From Pirellulales bacterium (GTDB lineage Bacteria; Planctomycetota; Planctomycetia; Pirellulales; UBA1268): a stretch of 64,000 bases of DNA. This document shows positions 10,137-18,638 of this stretch, one piece after another (position 1 is the stretch's first letter; each line of letters opens with the position of its first letter). The notes below the pieces were generated by a model, which saw nothing but the letters and a program-made list of their open reading frames with translations, was not told the origin of the DNA and ran no database searches. The translations under genes were made by a program, and so were the position numbers. The stretch is from assembly GCA_044238145.1 (NCBI GenBank), contig JBIIDT010000005.1, forward strand, positions 4,938 through 68,937, in the 5' to 3' direction.

Positions 10137-13100
10137 GGGACGTACGTGATGCCGGTCGCCGACGAGAGATCCACGTCGCCGAGCGCGTTCTGGGCGATCC
10201 GGTTGCGGATCACCCGCGTCCGGCTGCAGTCGCCCACGGCCAGCAGCCCGTAGCCGGCGCTGGTCACGATTCCGTTGCCGGCGCCGGCAAGGCTGCCTCC
10301 CACGAGCAGGTCGGTGGCCGCGTTGAGCAACAGGCCGTTCACCCCGCTGTCGATGATGGAGTTGGCCGCGATCATCGTGCCCCGGGAGTTCCCTGCCACC
10401 GAGATGCCGTTGCGGCCGTTCGACACGATCGCATTGCCGGCCCCCGGGGCGCCGATCGTGTTTCCCGTCGCGGCCACGAGCGTGATGCCGTCGAGCAGGT
10501 TGCCCCGGATCTCGTTGCCGAGCACGACGTTGCCGCTCGAGCCGGAGATGGTGAGGCCCGCCCCGGTGTTCGTCAGGATGCGGTTGGCCATGAAGGGCTG
10601 CGTGCCGCCGAGGATCGTGCCTGTGGTGCCCGGGCCCACGAAGATCCCGCCGAGGGCGTTCGGAATGGGGTCGGTGGGCACGAATCCGGCCCCGATGACG
10701 GAGTTGAAGATCCGGTTGTTGCGAGCCCGGCCGGTGATCTCGAGGCCGTAACGGAGGTTGCCCGAGAGGTGGACCTTCGTCTCCACCGAAGGCTGGAACC
10801 CGCCGATCGCGTTGCCGTGGGCGTCGTCGGTGATCACCAGCCCGCTGCCATAATTGGGGATGGCATACAAGATGGCGGCGTTGGTGCCGGCGGCGGTGTC
10901 CTCGATCGTCACGCCCGTGGCCTTGCCGCCGATCACGATCCCGTTGCCGTAGTTGCCCGCCACGAGGCAGGTGCGGATCGTGTTGTCGCCGCCGGTGGCC
11001 GTGATCCGGACGCCGTCGAGCCGGTTCGGAGCCGCCCCGCCGAAGGCCACCATCCCCACGAAGCTGTTGAAGGCGACGAAGCCGCTCGCCTTCCCGGCGA
11101 CCTCGATGCCGTAGCGGTTGTTGCCCGAGTTGACGTTGCCGAGTGGAATCGGCCCGCCGACGATCGTGCGAGCCGAGGTGCCGTTGACCAGGATGCCGTC
11201 GCCACCGTTGGCCACGACCGTGGCGTTGTCGGCGCCCACGCCCGTGAAGTTGGCCTGCACGGTGGTGTCGTTCGAGTTCGTGATCCGCAGGCCGTTGCCG
11301 CCGTTCCCCGAGAGCACGTTGTAGAACACGAACGGCGACTGGCGGAACGTGGTGCCGAGGAGCGAGTTGCCACTGGCGCCCACGATCGCCACGCCGTCGG
11401 CCGCGTTGCCCAGGGCCGCGTTGCCGGAGGCCGTGGTGCCGACGAAGTTGCCGGCCAGCGTGTTGGCCGTGGCGCCGCCGTTGATCAGCACGCCGTTGGC
11501 CCGATTCCCTGAGATCAGGTTGCCCTGCGGGGGCCGCACGAACACGCCGCCCGTCGGGTCGTTGGCGGCGGACGCCTTGCCACCGATCATGTTTCCACTG
11601 GCGCCGCCCGTGACGAGGACGCCGTTCGCGAGGTTGGGGACGGCGGCCTGCCCCGAGAAGGCGGTGCCGATCAGGTTCATGGCCACGACATTGTCGGCCC
11701 CGCCCGCGATCGTCACGCCGTTGCCGCGGTTGCCGGAGATCACGTTTGAGGGCTGGAAGCCGACGTTCACCTCGGCCTGGTAACTGGCCGAGCCGCTCTC
11801 GCCCAGCACGATCCCGACCACGGCGTTGCCGTAGACCGAGTTGGCGCTCGGCAGGCCGTCCACGCCCGTGACCGACTCCGGCGGCGCGAGGTCCACCCAG
11901 GCCATGTCGCCGAACGAGCCGTCGGTCTGGCGGACGACGGTGGCCAGGCCGCTCGACACGATCTCGCCGGAAACGTAGCCGCTGCCCGAGAGCGTGTAGA
12001 CGCCCTTCTCCACGCTGCTGATGCCCATGAAGTGGGTGCCGACCGTGACCTGGTCGGGGCTCTGGTAGCTGTAGGCCCGCCAGTTGGAGAAGGTGCCGCT
12101 CACGCGGTCGTAGTCGATCAGCGAGGCCATGCCGATCGGCTGGAGGCGGTCGTCGGCGTTGTTGACCGGCAGCTGGGAAAAGCCGCCGGCGATCGTGTAA
12201 CTCCCGTCGCCGTTGTCCCAGATGCCGTAGGCGGTGTTGGAGATCGAGCCGGGGAAGACGATGTCGGTGAACGCTCCCGACTCGAAGTCGTAGATGTACG
12301 CCCGGCCGGCTTCGGTTTCCGAGGTGGTGGCGATGTCATTGCCCACCGCCAGCCCACCCATCGTGCTGTGGACGTAGTTGAACTCCGAGGCGATCGAGAT
12401 CGTCTCGTAGTTGGATGGATCGGCCGCGTCGGCGGCCATCGTGGCGAGGTTGCCGCGGAAGGCGAAGCCGAAGCGGGTCTCGTCGTTCGGGAGCACGTAG
12501 GTGCCCACGAGCAGCACCTCGCCATCGCCCAGGTAGTCGGGGCCGTAGACGCTCGTGCTCTCGGCGCCGGGATAGTTGATCGCGTAGGCGTCGCCTCCGT
12601 CGCCATCGAGCGGGCCGACGTAGAGCAGGCCGCTCGTCACGCCGCCGGAGGCGGTCGAGCCGGTGATCAGGTAGTCGCCGTTGTCGAGGCCGCGGATGCC
12701 CGTCCAGGACTCGACCGGCAGGGAGACGTCGGCGGTGTTGGAGTAGTCGATGCCGGTCACCGGATCGGCGTGGCCGACGAGGTTGCCCGTGGCCCCGGCC
12801 TCGATCCGGACGCCGTCGCCACCGTTGGCGAGGGCGGCCGCGCCGGTGATCGTGGTACCGATCTGGTTCCAGGCAACCACGTTGCCATCGCCCAGGATTC
12901 GCACACCGTGCCCCTTGTTGCCGCTGATCAGGTTGCCGCCCGGCGTGACCGTCGCCTGGTAGGCGTTCACGCCGGCGCTCGACGGATCGATGCCCACCAC
13001 CGCGTTGCCATACACGGAGTCGGCGAAGGCCGCCCCGCCCGCCACGGGCGGCACGAGGTCGGTCCACTGCATCTCGCCGAACGAGCCGTCGGCGTTGCGA

Positions 13101-14524
13101 TGCACGGTCACGAAGCCGGCAATCGTGCCGGCCTCGGTGGCGGCCGTGGCGGCGAGCGTGTACTTCCCCGGCTCGACGCCGCTGATGCCCTCGAAGTGCG
13201 TGATACCCGACGGGCCGCCCGAGGGCGGCGTGTAGGTGAACGACTTCCAGTTCGAGAACTGCCCCGTGGCCGAGTCGAAGTCGACGAGCAGGGCCTGCGA
13301 GAGCGGCTGGTTCGGGTTCAGCAGGTTGTTGATCGGGCTGTTGGCGTAGCCACCGCAGATCGTGTAGCTCGTGCCGCCGTTGTGCCAGATGCCGTAGGCC
13401 GTGTTGGCCGCGGAGCCGGGGTAGACCATGCTCGGCACGAGATACGTGGCGTTGACCGCGTCGTAGACGTAAGCCCGCCCCCCGCCGGCCGGCAGGCCGC
13501 CCGACGTGGAACTGTCGTAGTTGCCCACGACCAGGCCGCCCGACGTGCTGTGCGGCACGTTCCAGGTGGCGGTCTGCGTGGGGAACGGCAGCGACACGTA
13601 GTTGGCGGCCGTGCCTACGTCGTTCACGGTGCCGGTGAACAGGAAGCCCAGTTCGTTGGCCGCGTTGGTGTTGGAGTACGTCCCCACGATCCGCAGCTGC
13701 CCGTTGCCGAGGTTGTCAGCGGAGTAGGCCGTGGTGCCGTCGGTCGTCTGGCTCGGCTGATCGGGCATCACCATCACGTAGCCCGCGCCTCCCTCGGCGG
13801 TGATCGGGCCGACGTACAGCAGGCCGGCCGTCTCGCTCGAGGCGTTCGGGTTCGTGGTCGTCCCCGTGATCAGGTACTGCCCCGGCGTGCCGGCCGTCGT
13901 CAGCCCCTGCCAGCCGGCGACCGGGAGCGTGCCGCCGGCCGCGGCAGTCACGCTCGGCGTGACGTCGTAGGCGATCGCCGTCTCGAGGCCGATCTCGTTG
14001 GCCGAGCCGCGGGCCGTGACGACCACGCCGCCCCCCGCGCTCGGCGCCGCGGTGCTGCCGTCGGCCAGGACGCCGATGAAGTTGCCGGCCAGCACGATTC
14101 CAGAGGCGTCGAGCGTCACGCCGGCCCCGCTCGCCCGCACGAGCGACAGGTTGGACAGCGAGGAGCCGTCGCTCCCGGGCGCGAACCGCAGCCCGGACTG
14201 CCCGCGGAAGTTGACGGTCACGCGAGGTGAGCCGACGAAGCCGGGCGCCGTCGCGCCTTCGATCGCGACGGCATCGCTGATCGCGGGCAGGGCCGATGAG
14301 AGCGGGATCGTGCCGGCGACCGCGAAGGCGATCTCGTCGGCGCCTGAAGTGGCATTGGCCTGCTGGATCGCGGACCGCAGCGAGCCGGCCCCGGCATTCA
14401 GCAGGTTCGTGACCGTGAACGTCGCCAGCAGGGCCCGCGACTCGAGCTGCTCGCCGCGCGGCGCGACCGGACGGCGGACACGGGACGGAAGCCGGCGGCG
14501 GAACAGGCTGGCGAGCGAACGCAT
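10133..14524 (-). CDS. giant secreted right-handed beta-helix repeat protein with CSLREA-like N-terminal domain
   Basis: ORF 10133..14608. Start is placed at ATG 14524 (MRSLASLFRRRL...EQLESRALLATFTVTN..GSLRSAIQQAN). Dozens of G-N-x-x-x-G-[VI] beta-helix turns (NGVLINGGATANTLAGNFVG etc.) and two internal ~320-aa modules. Confidence 0.8.
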   Translation of the reverse strand: MRSLASLFRRRLPSRVRRPVAPRGEQLESRALLATFTVTNLLNAGAGSLRSAIQQANATSGADEIAFAVAGTIPLSSALPAISDAVAIEGATAPGFVGSPRVTVNFRGQSGLRFAPGSDGSSLSNLSLVRASGAGVTLDASGIVLAGNFIGVLADGSTAAPSAGGGVVVTARGSANEIGLETAIAYDVTPSVTAAAGGTLPVAGWQGLTTAGTPGQYLITGTTTNPNASSETAGLLYVGPITAEGGAGYVMVMPDQPSQTTDGTTAYSADNLGNGQLRIVGTYSNTNAANELGFLFTGTVNDVGTAANYVSLPFPTQTATWNVPHSTSGGLVVGNYDSSTSGGLPAGGGRAYVYDAVNATYLVPSMVYPGSAANTAYGIWHNGGTSYTICGGYANSPINNLLNPNQPLSQALLVDFDSATGQFSNWKSFTYTPPSGGPSGITHFEGISGVEPGKYTLAATAATEAGTIAGFVTVHRNADGSFGEMQWTDLVPPVAGGAAFADSVYGNAVVGIDPSSAGVNAYQATVTPGGNLISGNKGHGVRILGDGNVVAWNQIGTTITGAAALANGGDGVRIEAGATGNLVGHADPVTGIDYSNTADVSLPVESWTGIRGLDNGDYLITGSTASGGVTSGLLYVGPLDGDGGDAYAINYPGAESTSVYGPDYLGDGEVLLVGTYVLPNDETRFGFAFRGNLATMAADAADPSNYETISIASEFNYVHSTMGGLAVGNDIATTSETEAGRAYIYDFESGAFTDIVFPGSISNTAYGIWDNGDGSYTIAGGFSQLPVNNADDRLQPIGMASLIDYDRVSGTFSNWRAYSYQSPDQVTVGTHFMGISSVEKGVYTLSGSGYVSGEIVSSGLATVVRQTDGSFGDMAWVDLAPPESVTGVDGLPSANSVYGNAVVGIVLGESGSASYQAEVNVGFQPSNVISGNRGNGVTIAGGADNVVAMNLIGTAFSGQAAVPNLANGVLVTGGASGNMIGGKASAANDPTGGVFVRPPQGNLISGNRANGVLINGGATANTLAGNFVGTTASGNAALGNAADGVAIVGASGNSLLGTTFRQSPFVFYNVLSGNGGNGLRITNSNDTTVQANFTGVGADNATVVANGGDGILVNGTSARTIVGGPIPLGNVNSGNNRYGIEVAGKASGFVAFNSFVGMVAFGGAAPNRLDGVRITATGGDNTIRTCLVAGNYGNGIVIGGKATGVTIEDTAAGTNAAILYAIPNYGSGLVITDDAHGNAIGGFQPSVETKVHLSGNLRYGLEITGRARNNRIFNSVIGAGFVPTDPIPNALGGIFVGPGTTGTILGGTQPFMANRILTNTGAGLTISGSSGNVVLGNEIRGNLLDGITLVAATGNTIGAPGAGNAIVSNGRNGISVAGNSRGTMIAANSIIDSGVNGLLLNAATDLLVGGSLAGAGNGIVTSAGYGLLAVGDCSRTRVIRNRIAQNALGDVDLSSATGITYVP
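11759..12721 (-). repeat. intragenic duplicated module B (aa ~630-950 of the ORF)
   Basis: LPVESWTGIRGLDNGDYLITGS...LLYVGPLDGDGG...NTAYGIWDNGDGSYTIAGGF...THFMGIS...DGSFGDMAWVDL...SVYGNAVVGI aligns block by block with module A. Confidence 0.8.
12944..13927 (-). repeat. intragenic duplicated module A (aa ~228-555 of the ORF)
   Basis: LPVAGWQGLTTAGTPGQYLITGT...LLYVGPITAEGG...NTAYGIWHNGGTSYTICGGY...THFEGIS...DGSFGEMQWTDL...SVYGNAVVGI. Confidence 0.8.
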
Positions 14525-14546
14525 GGGAAGGGGCTCCGGAGACCGA

Positions 14547-14571
14547 CGCTTTCGGGAACCCCCCGAAAACG
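14547..14571 (-). promoter_or_regulatory. 10-bp RNA hairpin between pckA stop and the giant-protein start
   Basis: Minus strand reads CGUUUUCGGG-GGGUU-CCCGAAAGCG (one G-U pair), 22 nt upstream of ATG 14524. No U-tract, so terminator versus 5'-UTR structure is unresolved. Confidence 0.25.
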
Positions 14572-14639
14572 CTGCAGAAGACATACCATCGCCACCCGCC
14601 CGACTCAACGTGCCGGTTTCGCGCGCCCCGCGCCGGGCA

Positions 14640-16238
14640 TCAGGCCACAGGTCCCGCGGCGGTCACGGCGGGGCCGGCCTCGGCGGCGTAGACGGCGAAG
14701 TTGTCCTTGAACTTCGCGGCCAGCCGGCGGGCCGCCGCCTCCCACGCGGCCTCGTCGGCCCAGGCCCGGCGCGGCACGAGCAGGTTCTCGGCGACTCCCG
14801 GCACGCGGGTCACGGCGTCCAGGCCGAAGATCGCCTCGCGGTGCACCGGGGCGGCGTCGAGCGCGCCGGCGTTGATCGCGTCGATGATCCGGCGGGTGCT
14901 CGCCAGGTCGATCCGCGTGCCGACGCCGTACGCCCCTCCCGTCCAGCCCGTGTTGACGAGCCACGCGCGGGCGTCGTGGCGCCGGAGTTTCTCCGCCAGC
15001 AGCCGCGCGTAGACGGCCGGGTGCCGCACGAGGAAGGCGGCGCTGAAGCAGGCGGAAAAGGCGACCTGCGGCTCCGACACGCCCATCTCCGTGCCCGCCA
15101 CCCGCGCCGTGTAGCCGGAGAGGAAGTGGTACATCGCCTGCTCCCGCGACAGCCGGCTGACCGGCGGCAGCACGCCCGAGGCGTCGCAGGTGAGGAAGAT
15201 CACGTGCCGCGGATGCGGCCCCACGCACGGCACCTGGGCGTTGTCGATGAACTCGATCGGGTAGGCGGCCCGGGTGTTCTCCGTGATGGCGCTCGAGTCG
15301 TAGTCGACGCGGCGGGTCTCCGGATCGAAGACCACGTTCTCGAGCACGGTGCCGAAGCGGATCGCCCGCCAGATCTCCGGCTCGCGGCTGGCGGCGAGGT
15401 GGATGCACTTGGCGTAGCAGCCTCCCTCGACGTTGAACACGCCGGCGTCGCCCCAGCCGTGCTCGTCGTCGCCGATCAGCCGCCGGGCCGGGTCGGCCGA
15501 GAGCGTGGTTTTGCCGGTGCCCGAGAGGCCGAAGAACAGCGACACGTCGCCGGGCCGGCCGTCCGCGGCGATCCCCTGGTTGGCCGAGCAGTGCATCGAG
15601 AGCACGCCGCGGCCCGGGAGCCGCCAGTGCATGTAGGTGAACACGCCCTTCTTCATCTCCCCGGCGTACTCGGTGCCGAGGATCACCTGCTCGTGCCGCT
15701 CCAGCGACAGGTCGATGCTCGTCCGGCTGGTCATGTGGGTCGTGTGCGGGTTGGCCGGGAACTGGCCGGCGTTGTAGATCACGTAGTCCGGCGTGCCGAA
15801 CTCCCGCAGTTCGTCGAGCGTGGGGCGGATGAGCATGTTCTGCATGTACAGCGCGTGGTAGGCGCGGCCGCAGAGCACGCGGACCTTGATCCGGCAGTCG
15901 GGATCCCAGCCGGCGTAGCCGTCGCAGACGTAGACCCGGTCGCGGGTGTTGAGGTAGTCGATCGCCCGCTGCCGGTTGAGCAGGAAGGTGTGGTCGTCGA
16001 TCGGATGGTTGACGCTGCCCCACCAGACGTCGGCCTCCGACTCCGGCGCCCGCACCACGTGCTTGTCTGCGGGGCTGCGGCCCGTCTTGGCGCCGGAGCG
16101 GATCGCGATCGCCCCGGTCGACATGATGGCCGCCGCCTCGCGGGAGACGGCATCCTCGTAGAGCCGTCCCGGCGGGGCGTTGCGGATCACGAGCGGGACG
16201 GCGATCTCATGCGGCGACAGGTCGACCGGCAGGGGCAT
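14640..16238 (-). CDS. pckA: phosphoenolpyruvate carboxykinase (ATP)
   Basis: TGRSPADKHVV, FFGLSGTGKTTLS (kinase-1a), IGDDEHGW and NTGWTGG are PckA hallmarks. 532 aa. Confidence 0.93.
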   Translation of the reverse strand: MPLPVDLSPHEIAVPLVIRNAPPGRLYEDAVSREAAAIMSTGAIAIRSGAKTGRSPADKHVVRAPESEADVWWGSVNHPIDDHTFLLNRQRAIDYLNTRDRVYVCDGYAGWDPDCRIKVRVLCGRAYHALYMQNMLIRPTLDELREFGTPDYVIYNAGQFPANPHTTHMTSRTSIDLSLERHEQVILGTEYAGEMKKGVFTYMHWRLPGRGVLSMHCSANQGIAADGRPGDVSLFFGLSGTGKTTLSADPARRLIGDDEHGWGDAGVFNVEGGCYAKCIHLAASREPEIWRAIRFGTVLENVVFDPETRRVDYDSSAITENTRAAYPIEFIDNAQVPCVGPHPRHVIFLTCDASGVLPPVSRLSREQAMYHFLSGYTARVAGTEMGVSEPQVAFSACFSAAFLVRHPAVYARLLAEKLRRHDARAWLVNTGWTGGAYGVGTRIDLASTRRIIDAINAGALDAAPVHREAIFGLDAVTRVPGVAENLLVPRRAWADEAAWEAAARRLAAKFKDNFAVYAAEAGPAVTAAGPVA

Positions 16239-16911
16239 GACTGGCTCCGGAGGCGGGGACGGCGCGGGCAGGGGGCGACGACGGGACCGGGCCCTGAGCG
16301 GCCGCCGGCCAGGCGAGCCAGGCGGCGGCGGCCACGAGCAGGCCGCCGCAGCCGCCGAACACCGCAGCCCAGGGACTGCGGCGGACGCGGAGCCGGCGGA
16401 CCGCCTGCCGGAGCCGGCGGCTGAACTCGGCCCAGCCCTCGGCGCTCGTCCGGCCGCCGAGGGCCACGATGCTCACGCTCCGCATCGCGCCGCGGCCGTC
16501 GAGGTGCACCTGGATGCCACGGCCGGGCAGGGCCGCCGTCTCCCCGGCCCAGCGGGCGGCGGGATCGAGCGCCGTGACGACCTCCGCGACGACCGGCCGC
16601 AACTGCTCGGGCGTGATGTTGTAGACGACCAGCCGCGGCCGCGCGGCGAGCAGCACCCCGGCGAAGAGGAGGCCGGCCGCCAGCAGGAGCATCCCGGCCG
16701 CCCAGGCCGTGCCCCCGGCGACCGGCTGGACGAGCGCCAGTGGGCCGGCCACCACGAGCCCCGCGGCGGCCGCGGCCAGGAGCAGCAGGTCCCAGGAGCC
16801 GGGGAGCATCGAGGGCCGCCGCCGCAGGTGCACCGCGGCCAGGCCGAGCAGGTACGCCGCCAGCGGCACGAGCGCGGCCCACAGCGGCACGGCGGCGAAC
16901 GACAGGGTCAT
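16207..16911 (-). CDS. hypothetical multi-pass membrane protein
   Basis: ORF with 3-4 hydrophobic helices and a soluble middle part. High GC3. Its 3' end overlaps the pckA start by 32 nt. No recognisable motif. Confidence 0.45.
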   Translation of the reverse strand: MTLSFAAVPLWAALVPLAAYLLGLAAVHLRRRPSMLPGSWDLLLLAAAAAGLVVAGPLALVQPVAGGTAWAAGMLLLAAGLLFAGVLLAARPRLVVYNITPEQLRPVVAEVVTALDPAARWAGETAALPGRGIQVHLDGRGAMRSVSIVALGGRTSAEGWAEFSRRLRQAVRRLRVRRSPWAAVFGGCGGLLVAAAAWLAWPAAAQGPVPSSPPARAVPASGASHAPAGRPVAA

Positions 16912-17018
16912 GACGCGGCCCGCCAGGCCAGCCAGGCGAGGAATGCCAGCCAGCCGGCTTCCACCACCAGCGTCGCGACGCAGGCCGCGCGGGAGCCGCC
17001 GAGGCTGCGGTCGGTCAT
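16908..17018 (-). CDS. candidate 36-aa membrane micro-protein
   Basis: Not in the ORF track (too short). It reads ATG..MTDRSLGGSRAACVATLVVEAGWLAFLAWLAWRAAS*, and its TGA overlaps the ATG of the downstream membrane protein (ATGA). Confidence 0.25.
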   Translation of the reverse strand: MTDRSLGGSRAACVATLVVEAGWLAFLAWLAWRAAS

Positions 17019-17031
17019 CGGCCGGGCCCCC

Positions 17032-17520
17032 TCAGACGGGATCGGGCACCACGAACGCCAGGTCGCGACGGAAGCCCTCGGCGAAGTCGTAGACCCCGTG
17101 GAAGTCCTCCCGCCGATCGGCCCGGGTCTTGCGCATCTGCCCGATGTCGATCATGTTGAAGACGATCGCGCCGAAGTCGTCGGTCGCCCGGATGCCCCAG
17201 GCGGCGAGCACCGTGGGGGCGAGGTATCCGTACTGCTGCAGGCCGTAGAGCCGGGCCGCCTCGCAGAGCTGCTGACCGGACACGTGCCGCTCCGCCTGCC
17301 GCTTGCGGCCGCGGCCGGTCCGCTGCCGCGGCTTCGGGGCCCCAGCGACCTCCGCCTCCGCCAGGGGCTCGAGGTCCTCGGCGGCCGGCTCCGCCCCCAT
17401 GCCCAGCGACTCCTGGGCGAACGACAGCGCCTCCAGAACGAAGACGTAGGCGTCGATCGTGTACCGCGGGTCCCGCTGCAACAGCTCGTGGAGCGGGTGG
17501 GAAGGATCGAGAAGCGGCAT
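17032..17520 (-). CDS. conserved hypothetical protein (small, acidic/basic linker)
   Basis: Internal ATG of fused ORF 17032..18459: MPLLDPSHPLHELLQRDPRYTIDAYVFVLEALSFAQ...AAWGIRATDDFGAIVFNMIDIGQMRKT. From memory it resembles a Verrucomicrobia/Planctomycetes-restricted family (Minf_1886 type). This needs an HMM check. Confidence 0.6.
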   Translation of the reverse strand: MPLLDPSHPLHELLQRDPRYTIDAYVFVLEALSFAQESLGMGAEPAAEDLEPLAEAEVAGAPKPRQRTGRGRKRQAERHVSGQQLCEAARLYGLQQYGYLAPTVLAAWGIRATDDFGAIVFNMIDIGQMRKTRADRREDFHGVYDFAEGFRRDLAFVVPDPV

Positions 17521-17594
17521 CCGTTCAGCTGGCTCCGGGCCCGGTGGGCAGACCGGAGTATAGCGGCCAGGCCGGCAGCGCCGATCGCGGCCGC

Positions 17595-18515
17595 TCAGCG
17601 CGGCAGATTCGCGGGCACCGGGGGCCGCGGGCCGGCGGGCGGCGGGGGCGGCGCGGACTGCACGTCCTCGAGGACGTACTTGTAGCCCAACGGCGTCGTC
17701 GGCTTGGCGAAATCGCGGAACAGGTCGAGTCCCTTGTCGATGAGGCTCGTCCGCGGATCGAACTGGTAGACGTCGCGGTCCTGGCCACCCGGCTTGTAGA
17801 TCTGGATCGCGAACGGCATCAGGTCGCGGGCCTGGAGGATGAGCTCGACCTTGGAGAAGTTGGCCGCGTCGGCCTGGAACCGCGGCAGGGCCTCGAGCCA
17901 GATCTGGTCGGGGACGCCGGGCGGCGTGATGATCCGCATCCAGTACCGCTTCTTGAGCGTGTCGGCCTTGGCGCCGAAGACGAACGGCAGCGGGCCGTCG
18001 CTGATCGCCTTGCCGCGCATCTCGGGGGGCAGCTTCGTCTCCCGCAGCTGCCGGTCGGCGTGCCGAAACTCGAAGATGCTCTCGCCGTTGCACACCCAGT
18101 GCTCGCCCGCCTCGCCGCCGCGGACCTCGTACCGCCGCGTCTGCGGGTTCCACTGCTTCGACTGCTTGACGTGGAACAGCCCCTTGTCGGGCGCCCCGTA
18201 CTTCAGCTCGCCCGTGCTCTCGGCGAAGGCCAGCCGCTCCCCCTTGTCGTCGGCCGGGCTCCAGGCGTTGTATTCCCACTTGTGAAACGTGCACGCCCAG
18301 GTCTTCACGGCGGCACTGCGGGCCTCCCAGGCGGCCAGCAGCTGGTCGAGCGCGGCCTGCTCCTGGGGGGCGAGGGCGGGAGGCTGCCGGGGTGCGGGGG
18401 GCTGCGGCGGCACGGCCTGCGGCGGCGGCGCGGCCTGGCCGAGGGCTGCGCCGGCCCACACGGCGACGAGCGTGGCCGCGGCGATGGGGCGGACGACGGC
18501 GGGGCGCAGGGGCAT
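17595..18515 (-). CDS. secreted hypothetical protein, LolA-like planctomycete family
   Basis: Internal ATG of fused ORF 17595..20204. Signal peptide MPLRPAVVRPIAAATLVAVWAGAALGQA, a Pro-rich linker, then WACTFHKWEYN...GELKYGAPDKGLFHV...HWVCNGESIFEF. From memory it resembles the TIGR03009-type domain. Confidence 0.6.
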   Translation of the reverse strand: MPLRPAVVRPIAAATLVAVWAGAALGQAAPPPQAVPPQPPAPRQPPALAPQEQAALDQLLAAWEARSAAVKTWACTFHKWEYNAWSPADDKGERLAFAESTGELKYGAPDKGLFHVKQSKQWNPQTRRYEVRGGEAGEHWVCNGESIFEFRHADRQLRETKLPPEMRGKAISDGPLPFVFGAKADTLKKRYWMRIITPPGVPDQIWLEALPRFQADAANFSKVELILQARDLMPFAIQIYKPGGQDRDVYQFDPRTSLIDKGLDLFRDFAKPTTPLGYKYVLEDVQSAPPPPPAGPRPPVPANLPR

Positions 18516-18638
18516 GGCGGGTCGCGGCTCCGGTGGTGGCGGGGGGGGACTGTAGCAGGGCCGGGTCGGCCGGGCGAGGCCGGTTCCGGCTACGATCAAC
18601 CGCGATATCGGCCGCTTTTTCCCCGTGGAGCCCACGCC

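Noticed and set aside
14525-14608. 28-codon 5' extension of the giant-protein ORF
   Set aside because: It contains the 10-bp hairpin and lacks signal-peptide character. The Met at 14524 gives the typical basic N-terminus followed by LESRALLA.
12032-16424. Plus-strand ORFs 12032..14230 and 13998..16424
   Set aside because: Antisense to the beta-helix giant and to pckA. No motifs, and high Arg/Gly/Asp/His content.
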